DNA of 64,000 nucleotides from a virus: IMG/VR virus record IMGVR_UViG_2929327430_000008, positions 3,805 to 67,804 of that record; one strand, 5' to 3'. Shown piece by piece: positions 19,479 to 29,698 of this stretch (position 1 is its first letter; each line of letters starts with the position of its first letter). The notes under the pieces were generated by a model. It saw only the letters and a program-made list of their open reading frames with translations, ran no database searches and was not told where the DNA came from. The position numbers and the translations under genes were made by a program.

Positions 19479-19975
19479 GGATTGTCCTTTGCGCGTTGCG
19501 CGGCCTCGGCCAGAGTTTGGCGGAGGGCCTGCTTGATATCGGCGCTTTTCTCCGCGAGCGCGGAGCGCAGATAGAAGCGTTCGGGGATTTCCGAGCCGGG
19601 ATGATGGACGCGGCGGGCGAAGGCTTGCTTGCCGCCGGCGATGAAGGCCAGCACCGCCGCCTTGTCCGGGACGATTTCGTGCGCGGCGGTCTTGCCGCCA
19701 TATTCCTGGATGGCGGCATAGGGCGCGCCGCCGTCGGCCACGACGGCGACGCCGAGCGACGCGCCCTGGTCTTGGTTGCGGAGCTGGATCGAATTGCGCA
19801 AGGCGCCGCTGCGCGCATTGAGCACGGCGCCGCTCAGATTGACGTCGACGACCTGCGCGAGGAGGTCCTGCGCCAGCGCGTCGATCTTTTCCGCGAGGGC
19901 GGCGCGCAAGCCGTCGGGCAGCGCGGCGAGTCTCGCGGCGAGATCGGCGACGCCTTCAGGGCTGAATTGCAGCAT
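19475..19975 (-). CDS. HK97 gp10-like neck/morphogenesis protein
   Basis: ATG at 19975. LSG.VL..RSGALRNSI, YAAIQEYGG, PERFYLRSAL. Confidence 0.78.
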   Translation of the reverse strand: MLQFSPEGVADLAARLAALPDGLRAALAEKIDALAQDLLAQVVDVNLSGAVLNARSGALRNSIQLRNQDQGASLGVAVVADGGAPYAAIQEYGGKTAAHEIVPDKAAVLAFIAGGKQAFARRVHHPGSEIPERFYLRSALAEKSADIKQALRQTLAEAAQRAKDNP

Positions 19976-19976
19976 G

Positions 19977-20612
19977 TCAGTTGCAGATGATGCGGCCGAA
20001 GCTGCGCAGGCTCTGCTGCACGTAATCCGGCATGGCGGTGATGCGGAAGGCGGCGGTTTCCTGGCCGCCCAGGCTCTTCGAGGCCATGCCGATGCGATCG
20101 CGGTAGCGATAGCGGTCGGCGGCCCATTCCAGCGCGCAGGAGGCGAGGTCGTGCGGGACATAGCCGTAGGTCAGCACCACCTGCGCGCCGGCGTCGTCGG
20201 CGGAGAAAAGGTAATCTCCGAACCCATTCACGGCATATTGCCCCGCGGCCGGATTGGCGGCGACTCGCGTCAGCGCGACGCCATTGGCGTAGGCGACGCC
20301 GCAATCCTCCGCAAAGGGACCGTAGGGCTGCGCGGCGACGATCCGGGGCGTGGCGCCGGGAACGGCGCGCGCCTCGTTGCTGATCTGGTATCCCGCGCGA
20401 TAGGCGACGACGATATTCTGCCAGCCGCGCGGAAACACGCCGTTGCGCAGCATGAGCATCTGCATGGCGCCGGGCGGCTCGTCGTCGCCGGGCTCCAGCA
20501 GCCAGCCGAAACCGCGACCGTCGGTCGAAGGCGGGATCGCCTGGCCGTCGACGGTCACGGAGGTCACCGCGATCACCGGCCAGTTGCGCAACTGAATGCG
20601 ATTGCGGCCGTT
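19977..20612 (-). pseudogene. 3' part of the head-tail connector gene, split by the integrated element
   Basis: Reads (G)NGRNRIQLRNWPVIAVTSV...YRAGY...VPHDL...YRYRDRIG. Joins in frame to the 5' part at 48176-48356 through the GGCCGTT core. Confidence 0.88.
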
Positions 20613-20618
20613 TCCGCC
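20606..20618. repeat. Left att core GGCCGTTtCCGcC
   Basis: Matches 48176-48188 GGCCGTTgCCGtC (7-bp exact core, 11/13 overall). Confidence 0.85.
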
Positions 20619-20663
20619 AGTCAAGCCCGGTTTTCTGGGGTTTTCAAGGATTCTTGGGAAGTC

Positions 20664-20685
20664 TCCCTAGACACTTCCCTAGACA
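20664..20685. promoter_or_regulatory. Putative integrase arm-type sites (TCCCTAGACA x2, 12-bp period)
   Basis: CCCTAG at 20665 and 20677. The same spaced pair occurs at 48037 and 48049 near the other end. Confidence 0.7.
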
Positions 20686-20810
20686 TGGATGGCGAACTAG
20701 GCCAAAGATGGCTCGCCTATTAAAGCTTCGCTTGGCGGCCGACCACGCGGGCAGCGGCAGGGCAAACAATCGGCAATTACGATCGTTTTTTGATGCGCGA
20801 GGAGCGCGAG

Positions 20811-21857
20811 ATGGGCTTTTTTTCTGGCGATGAAATTAGAGGTTTGAAGATCGCCAACATGATTCTCCACGTCGTCGGCGGTGACGATGAATTTGAGCCT
20901 CAGCCATTGCGGCCCGTTGAGCATGAGGCTTTCTTCATCGCCCGAATTCTCGACACCGACGCCGAGCCTGTGCACAAGTTCGATCCTCAGTCGGCAACTA
21001 AGTTGCAGGTCGAACGAATCGCGTCCGGTGTCGACGCCTTTGAGGCCGGCGCTCAAAGTCTGTCGCGCATCTTCTCCAAGGATCACGTTGGATCGAGCAG
21101 AGACGGCGCGTTCTTCATATTCGAAATGACGACGGCCGATCCGGCAGTTCGCATCTACAGCATGGTCAAATATGACTATCGCGAGGCAATCGAGCAAACG
21201 GACGGAGATGCTCTTCGTCGGATCGTCCACGCATTCATCGCCGATCGGAAAGCCATCCAGAAGGCGGCTCTAATGCGCGTCGTGGGGGGCGTCGCAGATC
21301 CGCTCGTCGCCGCAAAGGATCGGGTGAAGCAGGCCCCCGATATTGGCGACTATTTTGCCAATTTTCTGGATGTCGCCAGGAGCCGCAACGATAAAGAACT
21401 CAACAATAGCGTTGTCGAGGCGCTCCGAAAGGCTCTCACAAGCTCGAAGGAAATGCTTCCCGGCCGGGACGTCGCCGCAGGCATACGAAACGCTAAACGT
21501 GCGCTTCATGATCGGCAAATCATAGACGAAGAGGCGATAGCCGATGCTGTCCTGACGGCGGCAGGCTCCCCGGAGGACGAGGCGACCCGCTCGAAACTCA
21601 TCTCCAACGCAAAGAAGGCCGTCCACAGCGCGAAATTGGACGGCTTGTCCTTCCGGCCTGATCGGCAGATTCTTCGCCTCCCTCCGATGCGAAAGTTGAA
21701 GACGACGGAAGGGGTGACGTTGCTTTATCCTGACGACGCTGACGGGACGACCGTCACCAGGGCGCCCCGTCAGAGCGGCGGGGAAACCATCACGATTGTG
21801 ACGCAAGAAGTGACGGAGGACAGCGTTGTCGGTAACAGCTCTCGCGGAGCTGCTTGA
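20811..21857 (+). CDS. Nucleoid-associated NdpA/YejK-like protein (putative defence component)
   Basis: ATG at 20811 after GAGGAG. MILHVVG, GAFFIF, MVKYDY, IQKAALM, DYFANFLD pattern. Confidence 0.65.
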   Translation: MGFFSGDEIRGLKIANMILHVVGGDDEFEPQPLRPVEHEAFFIARILDTDAEPVHKFDPQSATKLQVERIASGVDAFEAGAQSLSRIFSKDHVGSSRDGAFFIFEMTTADPAVRIYSMVKYDYREAIEQTDGDALRRIVHAFIADRKAIQKAALMRVVGGVADPLVAAKDRVKQAPDIGDYFANFLDVARSRNDKELNNSVVEALRKALTSSKEMLPGRDVAAGIRNAKRALHDRQIIDEEAIADAVLTAAGSPEDEATRSKLISNAKKAVHSAKLDGLSFRPDRQILRLPPMRKLKTTEGVTLLYPDDADGTTVTRAPRQSGGETITIVTQEVTEDSVVGNSSRGAA

Positions 21858-23211
21858 TCGGCTTCTTCAAGAGCGACGCGCCTTCCTTAAGGAGGCCGAT
21901 GATACCGTCACGCCCTCTGGCCTCTCTCTCGACGTCGTCCATGAAATCCTGAGGCTTTGCTACGCTCTAGGCTGGCGCGCCCAAGTGTTTGATTCAGCAG
22001 GAAGCGTGTGGACTGAGGAGCAACTCTCAGAAGACCTCTCCCCATTCAGAGTCGTTTTCAAGAAACCGCCGGCACCCGACGGCTGTTTGCAAATCCTGAC
22101 GAACCATGGTTTTCGCGAGCGCCTCGGGTCTGACGAGGTCGCCAGCGTCTGGCATGTTGCGCGGCTGACCAAGCCTTTAAAGACGCAAAAATATCTTTTC
22201 ACGCCATGGGGCGTCGGAACGGAATATCAACCGTCGGAGACGAGCAAGAACCCCAGGTTGCTCGTGAAGGAGTACGGAGAGCAACGTCTCGTGCCGCCGG
22301 ACATCAGGTCTTGGATGTTGCAGGACGCACAATCCGACCTTGATGTGAACGATCCTGCCGCGCGAACATGGGCTAACGAGGCGATTCAAACGCTGAGCAG
22401 ATGCTTGGCCAACGAGATTGACGGGACTGATCACTCTTTATTGTTCAAAGGGCCGCCGCGCCTTCGCCTGCGGACGACGGACCTTGAGCTTGAACCTATC
22501 GATGACCTTGGGTTGAATGGCTTTTCTTTGCTTCAAACAGCCGCGCATTGGGTCTTCGACAATGAGCGTGAAGCGGAGATGCGCCACGTCCTCCTCGCAA
22601 CGGAATTAGCGCGATCTGGCAATGGCGGTGCGGAGCCGATTGCATATATTCGCGAGCATCTGGGCGCCGCGCTCGATGGTGCCAAGATCGCCTATCAGAT
22701 GGGCTTAGCTGAGATGAGCCGCGACACGCTTAAGTCACTCGCTGACTTGCGGAAGGCTATCGCGGATGAGACGTCCAAACTGGCGGACAGTACTCGTCAA
22801 CTCGGCACGTCCGTCACTGGTGCTATGGCGGTCGGATTCACGCTGATCGCGGCGCGTTTTACAAATTCTGCGCACCCTTATCTAATCGCAGCGATCATGA
22901 TCGTTGTCGTGATCTACGTCGGTTTGGTGATCTATTGGGGTCAGCAATTCATCTCGCTGCAGCGAGAATTGCGCCGTGAATGGCAGCCAAAGCTTTATCG
23001 CTTCCTGGCGCCTGACGAATATCGAAAGATGGTTGACCGCCCGGCCGCCAAAGCGGAGAAGACCTATTATCGGACATCTGCCGTCGGGGCGGTGGCGGTC
23101 TTGTTGCTGGCTGGCGCTGTGATCTATGCTGCGTTCTGCCTGTCGCCAGATCAACCGCTCTCAAAACCAACAAGCACATCTGTCCAGTCCTCGGCACCGC
23201 AGCGACCCTGA
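21826..23211 (+). CDS. Hypothetical protein with coiled coil and three C-terminal TM helices (putative defence effector)
   Basis: Overlaps the NdpA-like gene. Hydrophobic segments VTGAMAVGFTLIAA, YLIAAIMIVVVIYVGLVIYW, AVGAVAVLLLAGAVIYAAF. Confidence 0.7.
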   Translation: MSVTALAELLDRLLQERRAFLKEADDTVTPSGLSLDVVHEILRLCYALGWRAQVFDSAGSVWTEEQLSEDLSPFRVVFKKPPAPDGCLQILTNHGFRERLGSDEVASVWHVARLTKPLKTQKYLFTPWGVGTEYQPSETSKNPRLLVKEYGEQRLVPPDIRSWMLQDAQSDLDVNDPAARTWANEAIQTLSRCLANEIDGTDHSLLFKGPPRLRLRTTDLELEPIDDLGLNGFSLLQTAAHWVFDNEREAEMRHVLLATELARSGNGGAEPIAYIREHLGAALDGAKIAYQMGLAEMSRDTLKSLADLRKAIADETSKLADSTRQLGTSVTGAMAVGFTLIAARFTNSAHPYLIAAIMIVVVIYVGLVIYWGQQFISLQRELRREWQPKLYRFLAPDEYRKMVDRPAAKAEKTYYRTSAVGAVAVLLLAGAVIYAAFCLSPDQPLSKPTSTSVQSSAPQRP

Positions 23212-23350
23212 CAGCGTAATGCGAGCTATGGCTCGAAACTGCGGTGCATAGGCCTTGCGGCAAAGCGCCGCGCCCTTCACTTCGGCCAAAAGTTTGGATC
23301 AGCAAACATTGATTTGTTCATCATCATCACGCATATTCATCATCAATAAG

Positions 23351-23403
23351 ACCCGCCACGCCTCGGACGAAGCTTCGGCTTCGCACTGCGCACCCCGGCG
23401 GGT
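23351..23403. ncRNA. Candidate abiF-associated structured RNA
   Basis: Outer stem ACCCGCC/GGCGGGT encloses the hairpin GAAGC-TTCG-GCTTC, 40 nt upstream of the Abi gene. Strand uncertain. Confidence 0.6.
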
Positions 23404-23443
23404 TACTTTTTTGTAGCGTATCAATTGGTTGCCAACCCACCGG

Positions 23444-24343
23444 ATGAAATTCGAAAAGCCATCGCTGTCGATCGCCGACCAAATCGCCTTGCTCACCCGG
23501 CGCGGCATGGTCGTTCCCGACGTTGCCAAGGCTGAACACTACCTGCGGCACGTCAGCTATTATCGTCTTCGGGCCTATTGGCTGCCGTTCGAGCAAGAGT
23601 CGCCCGTCAATGGCGATCACCTCTTCGCCAGCGGAACGACATTTGACGACGTTTTGGCCCTCTACGTGTTTGATCGGCGCCTGCGCCTGCTCGTCATGGA
23701 CGCGATTGAGCGCATCGAAGTTTCGCTCCGCGGCAGTTGGGCGCACCATCTTGCCATGAAATACGGGCCGCACGGCTATTTCAGGTCTGATCTTTACGAC
23801 GATCCAGAGCATTACGCGAGAGCCCTGGCCAGCTTGTCCGGGGAAATCGACCGCTCGCGCGACACCTTCATTGAGCACTACCGGCGTAAATACGATGATC
23901 CGCATATGCCGCCGATTTGGATGACCGCCGAAGTCATCTCGCTCGGCCAGCTATCCAAGTGGCTCAGCGGGCTGAAGCAGCGCGCCGATCGGCAGGCCAT
24001 CGCCAAAATTTACGGTCTCGACGAAAAGGTGCTGGTTTCGATTGCGCATCACCTCGCGCACGTCCGCAATATCTGTGCGCACCATGGCCGACTGTGGAAC
24101 AAGCAGTTCACCGTGACAATGAAGCTGCCCGCCTCTCCGTCAGCGTTGAAGCTAGCCATGAACCAGGCAACGCCACGAAAGCTTTACAACACGTTGGCGA
24201 CCGTCGGTTATTTGCTCTGGATCATCGCGCCGCGCACGACTTGGCGAAAGCACCTCGCGGAACTGATGTCCGAGTTTCCCCTTGCCGACTCGACCGCGAT
24301 GGGGTTCCCGTCGAACTGGCGTGACCTCCCCGCGTGGCGGTGA
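23444..24343 (+). CDS. Abi family (AbiD/AbiF, Abi_2) HEPN protein
   Basis: MKFEKP...QIALL..RGM...SYYRLRAY...LYVFDRRLR...IERIEVSLR; HEPN RxxxxH motif RNICAH(H). Confidence 0.93.
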   Translation: MKFEKPSLSIADQIALLTRRGMVVPDVAKAEHYLRHVSYYRLRAYWLPFEQESPVNGDHLFASGTTFDDVLALYVFDRRLRLLVMDAIERIEVSLRGSWAHHLAMKYGPHGYFRSDLYDDPEHYARALASLSGEIDRSRDTFIEHYRRKYDDPHMPPIWMTAEVISLGQLSKWLSGLKQRADRQAIAKIYGLDEKVLVSIAHHLAHVRNICAHHGRLWNKQFTVTMKLPASPSALKLAMNQATPRKLYNTLATVGYLLWIIAPRTTWRKHLAELMSEFPLADSTAMGFPSNWRDLPAWR

Positions 24344-24563
24344 TCGCCGCGGCGACGAACACAGGTAGCAGTCGGACTTGGCTTGGAATTTGACACGAAA
24401 AACCCCGCGATCGGTTTTCACCGTGCAGGGCCTCTGCTCCTTGGCGTCTGTACATCCGAGCTCGCCTTGGAATTGACGAGCAATATGCTCGGGGCTTGTG
24501 CCGAACTTACGACGGCACCCGCCGCGGGCGCGGCGAATCAAGTCTGAACCGACCGCCAGTTTG

Positions 24564-25130
24564 CTAAAGCTGGATATCTTCTTTTCCAGAACGCTTGTGA
24601 ATTGTCTTCGCGGAACCTTTGCCTTTGCGCGGCTTCTTAGCAGCGCACCGGGCCTTGCTTTTCCCGTACAACTTCTGCCGATAAGCCTCCTGCGCATCGG
24701 CCAATTCACGAAGACCCATTGTCATTTCACTCTCACCGGCTCGCTGTTGTGTCAGCTGCCCGAGTATCTGAGAGGCTGCGACTTGCAGGCCGCCCCTGAC
24801 GATCAAATTTCGCGCCCAATCTACCCGCTGCGATTCCTCTGAGAAACCTATGTCATATGGGCGGTCGCGAAACTGGATTGCGTTTCCGATATCAAAGCTC
24901 GATGGACACCGGCCGGCGACAGACTGATACTCCTCGAAAGCAATGGCGACGCGGTCGCACTCCTCGCCTATGGAATTTGGCCGTCCGGCGCCTCTCACCA
25001 CGCGCAGGATATTAGCCGTCAGCTCAACGAGCGCGGCCTCCGCCTTTTCCCAGGCGAGGTTCCGCTGGATATCGCGATCGGAGTTTTCCGCGACGACTTT
25101 GAGACCGGGACGTTTGGTATCATCGCCCAT
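24564..25130 (-). CDS. Hypothetical protein
   Basis: ATG at 25130 after GGAGG (MGDDTKRPGLKVV); protein-like composition. Confidence 0.6.
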   Translation of the reverse strand: MGDDTKRPGLKVVAENSDRDIQRNLAWEKAEAALVELTANILRVVRGAGRPNSIGEECDRVAIAFEEYQSVAGRCPSSFDIGNAIQFRDRPYDIGFSEESQRVDWARNLIVRGGLQVAASQILGQLTQQRAGESEMTMGLRELADAQEAYRQKLYGKSKARCAAKKPRKGKGSAKTIHKRSGKEDIQL

Positions 25131-25321
25131 GGCTGCCTCCCGCACTTGGCTCACGATAGCCGAGCCGGGTCGATTGGCAAGCAAGGGCGCGCTGGCGGCT
25201 TTTGATCGGCGCAAGAGATTGGGCACGCCCCCCGCGGCGCCGCGACCGTCGCGCCAAAAACACGACGAGGCGATAGCGGGCGGCAGCAGGTGCGCCGCAG
25301 CCGCGATCATCCGCACACTGA

Positions 25322-26520
25322 CTACGATGCGGTGCGTTCCAGCGCAGCACCAACGCCTTTGCTGCTAAGACGACAGGTCGGCGCCGCGAGCAGCAACTCG
25401 ACCTTCTTGGCGGCCAGAATGCGCAGGATGGCGTCAAGCAGCGTCGTCTTGCCAACGCCCGGGCCGCCGGTGATCACCGCGACCTTTGCCGCCAGAACCT
25501 TCCCAACGGCGGCGCGCTGCGAATGCGCCAGCGTCTTGCCGGTCTTTCCCTCGACCCATGCGATGGCCTTTACCGCGTCGATCGCGGGCCAGGGCGGCGC
25601 GCCAGCGGCCAGCGCCTGCAGACGGTTCGGCAACACCGCGCTCGGCCGTATAGAGCCCGCGCAGGAAGATGCAGTCCTTCCCAGCGATCGTGTCGGCGAC
25701 CACCTCGCCGCCTTGGAATTCGAGCGCCAGCGCGTCCTCGATGGCGCCGGCGTCGACGTCGAGCAGTTCGCCGGCCAGTTTGAGGAGATCGGCGCGCGGA
25801 ACGCCGCAATTGCCGTCGTCGGCTGATTCCTGCAGAGCGAACGAGACGCCGGCGCGCAGCCGCTGGGGCGCATTCTTCGCCATCCCCAGCTTCATGGCGA
25901 TGGCGTCGGCGGTCCGGAAGCCGATGCCGCGGATGTCGCGCGCCAGGCGGTAAGGGTTCTCCGTCATCACCTGAATGGCCTCGTGGCCATAGGTTTTGAA
26001 GATCCTCACCGCGCGCGAGGTGCCGACGCCGTTGGAATGCAGGAACCATGATATCGCGCACCGCCTTCTGCTCGGCCCAGCCGGCGGCAATGCGCGCGGC
26101 GCGCATTTCCCCGATGCCCGACACATCGCGGAGCCTTGTTGGTTCGGCCTCGATGATTTCGAAGGTGTGCACGCCAAAAAGGGCGACGATTCGCTCGGCG
26201 AGCTTCGGCCCAATGACGCGCACCATGCCGGAGCCGAGGTATTTCTCTATTCCCTCGGCCGTCGTCGGAGCCGTCGTTTTCAGGAATTCGGCCTTGAATT
26301 GCAGCCCGTGCGCCCGGTCCGTGAACCAAACGCCGACGGCGTGAATGAACTCGCCGGCAGATATCGAGGCGACATGGCCAACGACCGGCACCAGGTCGCG
26401 ATGGCCGCGCGCCTTGACCTTCAGGACAGCGAAGCCGTTGTCCTCGTTGTGGAAGGTAACGCGTTCGACGGAGCCGACAAGCGTGTCCTTCGGCGGCGAT
26501 GCATCGTGATTTGGTTTCAT
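25322..26520 (-). pseudogene. recD2: RecD2-like helicase, frameshifted and truncated
   Basis: GSVERVTFHNEDNGF...IEKYLGSG in one frame; FLHSNGVG...ENPYRLARDIRGIGF in a second; ITGGPGVGKTT...LAAPT in a third, then the homology stops. Confidence 0.9.
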
Positions 26521-26580
26521 CTGATCGTCGCCAAAGTCTATGGTGAAAAGTCAGGACTGCGCCAGCGCCTGGGCTGAGTT

Positions 26581-26979
26581 TCAGGCGAAAACGCCGGTGA
26601 CATCCCGAATTGCAGCATGGTCGGCAATTCTCATGGTTGCGACGACATAGCCCACCACGAAACTCTCAAATTCCGCCAAGGTCACCTCAGTCTTTGACGA
26701 ATGGGAACCGGTTTTGGTCATCTGTATCACCCGGACGCCGTCGGCATTGCGCCCGATTGATTGGCAGATTGCGAGATTGCCGAAGTCATCGAGGTACTCG
26801 CCTTCATGAAGATATGTGGTCGTCGGCTTGATCAGGACGTAGTCTCCGCGGCGAATATCGGGCAAGCGACTGTCAGTTTTTACGCAGTGGAAACGCAAGC
26901 CTGCGGCGACACCAACGAATGGGGCGTCGGCAATAGGCAAACCGGCGGCGTTCGCCGGCGAGGCGTTGTTCATTGTCAT
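26581..26979 (-). CDS. Hypothetical protein with S24-peptidase-like fold
   Basis: VKTDSRLPDIRRGDYVLI resembles the V.GDSM.P....GD..V motif; GGAG upstream. Confidence 0.5.
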   Translation of the reverse strand: MTMNNASPANAAGLPIADAPFVGVAAGLRFHCVKTDSRLPDIRRGDYVLIKPTTTYLHEGEYLDDFGNLAICQSIGRNADGVRVIQMTKTGSHSSKTEVTLAEFESFVVGYVVATMRIADHAAIRDVTGVFA

Positions 26980-27224
26980 TCTCCTGTTGAAATGTCAGTC
27001 GGTTATCTGCGCACCGCGGCGGAGTCAGGCGGCGCGCGCCGGGATGAAGCGCGAGCCGATCCAATTCGCGACGGTCGACATGAGCAGGAACACGCGGGCA
27101 TAGCGAAACCCGGCTCCAACGCCACATTTTCGTCCTGGAACACGCCTTGGTTCTTGGGGAGGGTCGCGTCCATAGTTTTCGCCTCGATCAATTGGAAAAA
27201 ATGTGAGGCCGCTCTCAACGCCGA

Positions 27225-27665
27225 TCAGAGCGCGAGGACCTGGTCTATGACGGCGGCAGCAAGGTCGAGGTAGGAGCCCGGGCCGCTGCAGCACACGTCT
27301 TCATCAACCGCGAGGGCCAGCCGCGCGGCGCTCGCCTTCAGCTTGAGGTCGGCGATGTTTTTCGCCTCGACGGCCTGGATCGCCTCACGGATTTCCCAGT
27401 GCCGAGCAAATAGTCCGTCGTCCTCTGCGTCCAGCACGGCATTGATCGCGTGGTCATCTGCAAGCATCGCGAGGATTTCAATGCGACGGGCGTGAACCCG
27501 CTCCAACTCCGCCACTAAGGCGCCGAGGTTGTCGCGCGTCGGCAGATCGGTGCCAACAGGGTTCGAAGGCTGCTGCTGTTCAGCCGCAGCGTTGGACAAA
27601 GCCGCCAGCACAGCGCCAACGGAACCGGTCGCGAGAAAAAGACAGCGGGGCGAATTAGTTTGCAT
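27225..27665 (-). CDS. Hypothetical protein
   Basis: 146-aa ORF after AGAGG; A.NIADLKLKA motif common in alphaproteobacterial island proteins. Confidence 0.55.
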   Translation of the reverse strand: MQTNSPRCLFLATGSVGAVLAALSNAAAEQQQPSNPVGTDLPTRDNLGALVAELERVHARRIEILAMLADDHAINAVLDAEDDGLFARHWEIREAIQAVEAKNIADLKLKASAARLALAVDEDVCCSGPGSYLDLAAAVIDQVLAL

Positions 27666-27727
27666 TGCAATCCTCTCTTTGGGTCGGCCTCACCTAAGGC
27701 GGTTCAGGAAATGCGAGCGGGCGCGCG

Positions 27728-27934
27728 TCAGCCCTCCAGCGCGGTCGGACAGGCGGTGTCGAGGCCGCTGAACAAGTGTTCGGTGCGATCCTCGGCGATC
27801 GCCTTGCGATAGGCGTTGGCGGCGCGCGCGCTCAGGGCGGCGCGGATCAGGCCGGACATGCCGCGCGCGTAGGCGCCGGGGTTGCCGCCGCGAAGGTGCT
27901 GGCGGCTGAGTTCGATGTGGCGGGCGATAGTCAT
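27728..27934 (-). CDS. Small hypothetical protein
   Basis: MTIARHIELSRQHL... portion of ORF 27728-28069; start inferred. Confidence 0.4.
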   Translation of the reverse strand: MTIARHIELSRQHLRGGNPGAYARGMSGLIRAALSARAANAYRKAIAEDRTEHLFSGLDTACPTALEG

Positions 27935-27962
27935 GTCAAACCTGAATGGTTGGTGGTGAAGA

Positions 27963-28262
27963 TCAGGCAGCGACGACGGCGATGAGGCGCAACTCGCTGC
28001 GGCTGTGCGACCGCCGGCCGGTCCGGCTGCGGCGCGGCGATGCATCCTTGGCAGCCTCGCGGCGAGCATCGTCTCGGAACGCCATCAACCAGCAGGCATC
28101 GCCTTTCGCCGCCGCCCACATCAGACGCAGGCAGCAGCGCCAAGAGGAGGGATTCTGCTTCGGCGTGGCCTTCTCCCCATGCTGCGAACGAAACCGACGC
28201 CAAGCGCCGGCAAAGATTTCCGCGCGGGTCAGGAAGAGTTGCTTACGCTTGCTGGTCGCCAT
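27963..28262 (-). CDS. Hypothetical phage-type protein
   Basis: GGAGGG then ATG (MATSKRK); AEIFAGAW...CLRLMWAAAK. Confidence 0.5.
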   Translation of the reverse strand: MATSKRKQLFLTRAEIFAGAWRRFRSQHGEKATPKQNPSSWRCCLRLMWAAAKGDACWLMAFRDDARREAAKDASPRRSRTGRRSHSRSELRLIAVVAA

Positions 28263-28398
28263 GACGCCCTCCATTGGGCAAAGCTCGACCGACCGCCGGA
28301 ATGATGGTGCCCGGACGATACAGGGTGAATTTCTCTAAAACGCTCTGTGTGATATATATCGCTTAACTCAGCCTTGGCATCAAGCGGAAAATATCACA

Positions 28399-28659
28399 GT
28401 GAGCGATAACGCTAATATTTTAGGTTGCCAGATCGCAGCAGCGCGCGCGCTTCTTCGCTTGGAGCAGGCCGAATTGGCGAAGGCGGCAAATATCTCCGTC
28501 CCGACTTTGCGCAGGATGGAGGCAAGCCCGGGCGCTGCGCTTGGCATGGCGAACAACGTTGCTGCGGTCCGCTCCGCCCTTGAGACGGCTGGCGCCATCT
28601 TCATTGCTGGGAACGGCGAGGGGCCAGGCGTGAGGTTGAAGAAGGACGCGGCACCGTGA
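28399..28659 (+). CDS. XRE-family HTH regulator
   Basis: QIAAARALL.LEQAELAKAANIS..TLRRME...ALE.AG..FI..NGEGPGVRL. Confidence 0.88.
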   Translation: MSDNANILGCQIAAARALLRLEQAELAKAANISVPTLRRMEASPGAALGMANNVAAVRSALETAGAIFIAGNGEGPGVRLKKDAAP

Positions 28660-28805
28660 GCAGGAAAGCCGCCCGATTCACGCAAACAGATGTCTCGCGA
28701 GCAATTCGGGGAGCCATTAAGGCCGAGCTTGTCGTGACCGGGTGTCGGATTGACGAAAATGGCGCCATCACAGTCTTACCCTCGGGCCGAACAGCCCGAG
28801 CCTGA
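28656..28805 (+). CDS. Small excisionase-like protein (49 aa)
   Basis: GTG overlaps the XRE stop: MSRKAARFTQTDVSRAIRGAIKAELVVTGCRIDENGAITV. Resembles small genes usually found before alphaproteobacterial integrases. Confidence 0.5.
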   Translation: MSRKAARFTQTDVSRAIRGAIKAELVVTGCRIDENGAITVLPSGRTARA

Positions 28806-29017
28806 ACCAAATTATCCAGACCCCGAGCTGTGGCGCGAGCGTCTTGAAGCTGCGTTGGTAGAAAAGCCGCGGCGAGGACGGTCGCGTCGCATAACCTCGG
28901 ATGAAAGCTGAGGTTGGCTGCAGCCAGAAAAGATTCGGCTGCGCGAGAAAATCGAGAGCGACCACCCCAACGCCGTGTGCGCCGCAACCCTCGCGCATGA
29001 CGACCAGTGCCTAGCGG

Positions 29018-29293
29018 TCATGCGGGCGGACTTGTCAGCGCCAACGGCACGGAGCGGATGAGATAGTCGGCCAGCGCCGTAACAGCTTCCCCGGACGCCG
29101 CCCCGGAGAACAGGGCGATTTCCGTTTCAGGCAACTCCGGCAGCGCGTCGGCCACGCCGAGAACGGCGAATTCTGACAACGCTGCGCTGCGCCCGAGCAC
29201 GGTGACGCCGACACCGGCCGCGACCGCCGCTTGCACACCGGCCAAACTGGTGCTGGTGTATACGATCTCCCATGCCCGCGCGCTGGCCCTCAA
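29018..29293 (-). pseudogene. C-terminal fragment of a LysR substrate-binding domain
   Basis: W.IVYTSTSLAGVQAAVAAG.GVTVL...LPELP; no HTH part upstream. Confidence 0.75.
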
Positions 29294-29320
29294 GCGTCTC
29301 CGCGATAAAACCTGCAGACC

Positions 29321-29698
29321 CTATGTGTTGGAGAATTTCGCTTGGAAATTCTGATCGTTGACTTCAGCGGTTTCGCCCCCGTGGTGGACGCAATAATCGC
29401 CTTGAAAATAGCGCCATTTCGCTAGTCCGATATGGTTGCATCCGGCCACAGAGTATCGACATTGTTTGCCGTTTTTTTGAATCGCGGAACATTGGACGGA
29501 ATAGTCGCTGGCGCGCCACTGCGTATACTCATCGATTGATGACGCGTCCCAAAGCCTCGACAACACCTTCAAGGGATTCTTTGAAAATTCGTCCGCTTCG
29601 CGCTCGTCAATTTCAAAGGTCTTGCAACCGTCTGGTCCTGTCGTCTCCAAATAAAGTTGGCACCGCACGACCCCCAACGGTTTCGAAAAACTGCTCAT
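29321..29698 (-). CDS. Hypothetical protein with C-terminal Cys/His zinc-finger-like motif
   Basis: CSAIQKNGKQC...YCVHH; start inferred at ATG 29698. Confidence 0.5.
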   Translation of the reverse strand: MSSFSKPLGVVRCQLYLETTGPDGCKTFEIDEREADEFSKNPLKVLSRLWDASSIDEYTQWRASDYSVQCSAIQKNGKQCRYSVAGCNHIGLAKWRYFQGDYCVHHGGETAEVNDQNFQAKFSNT

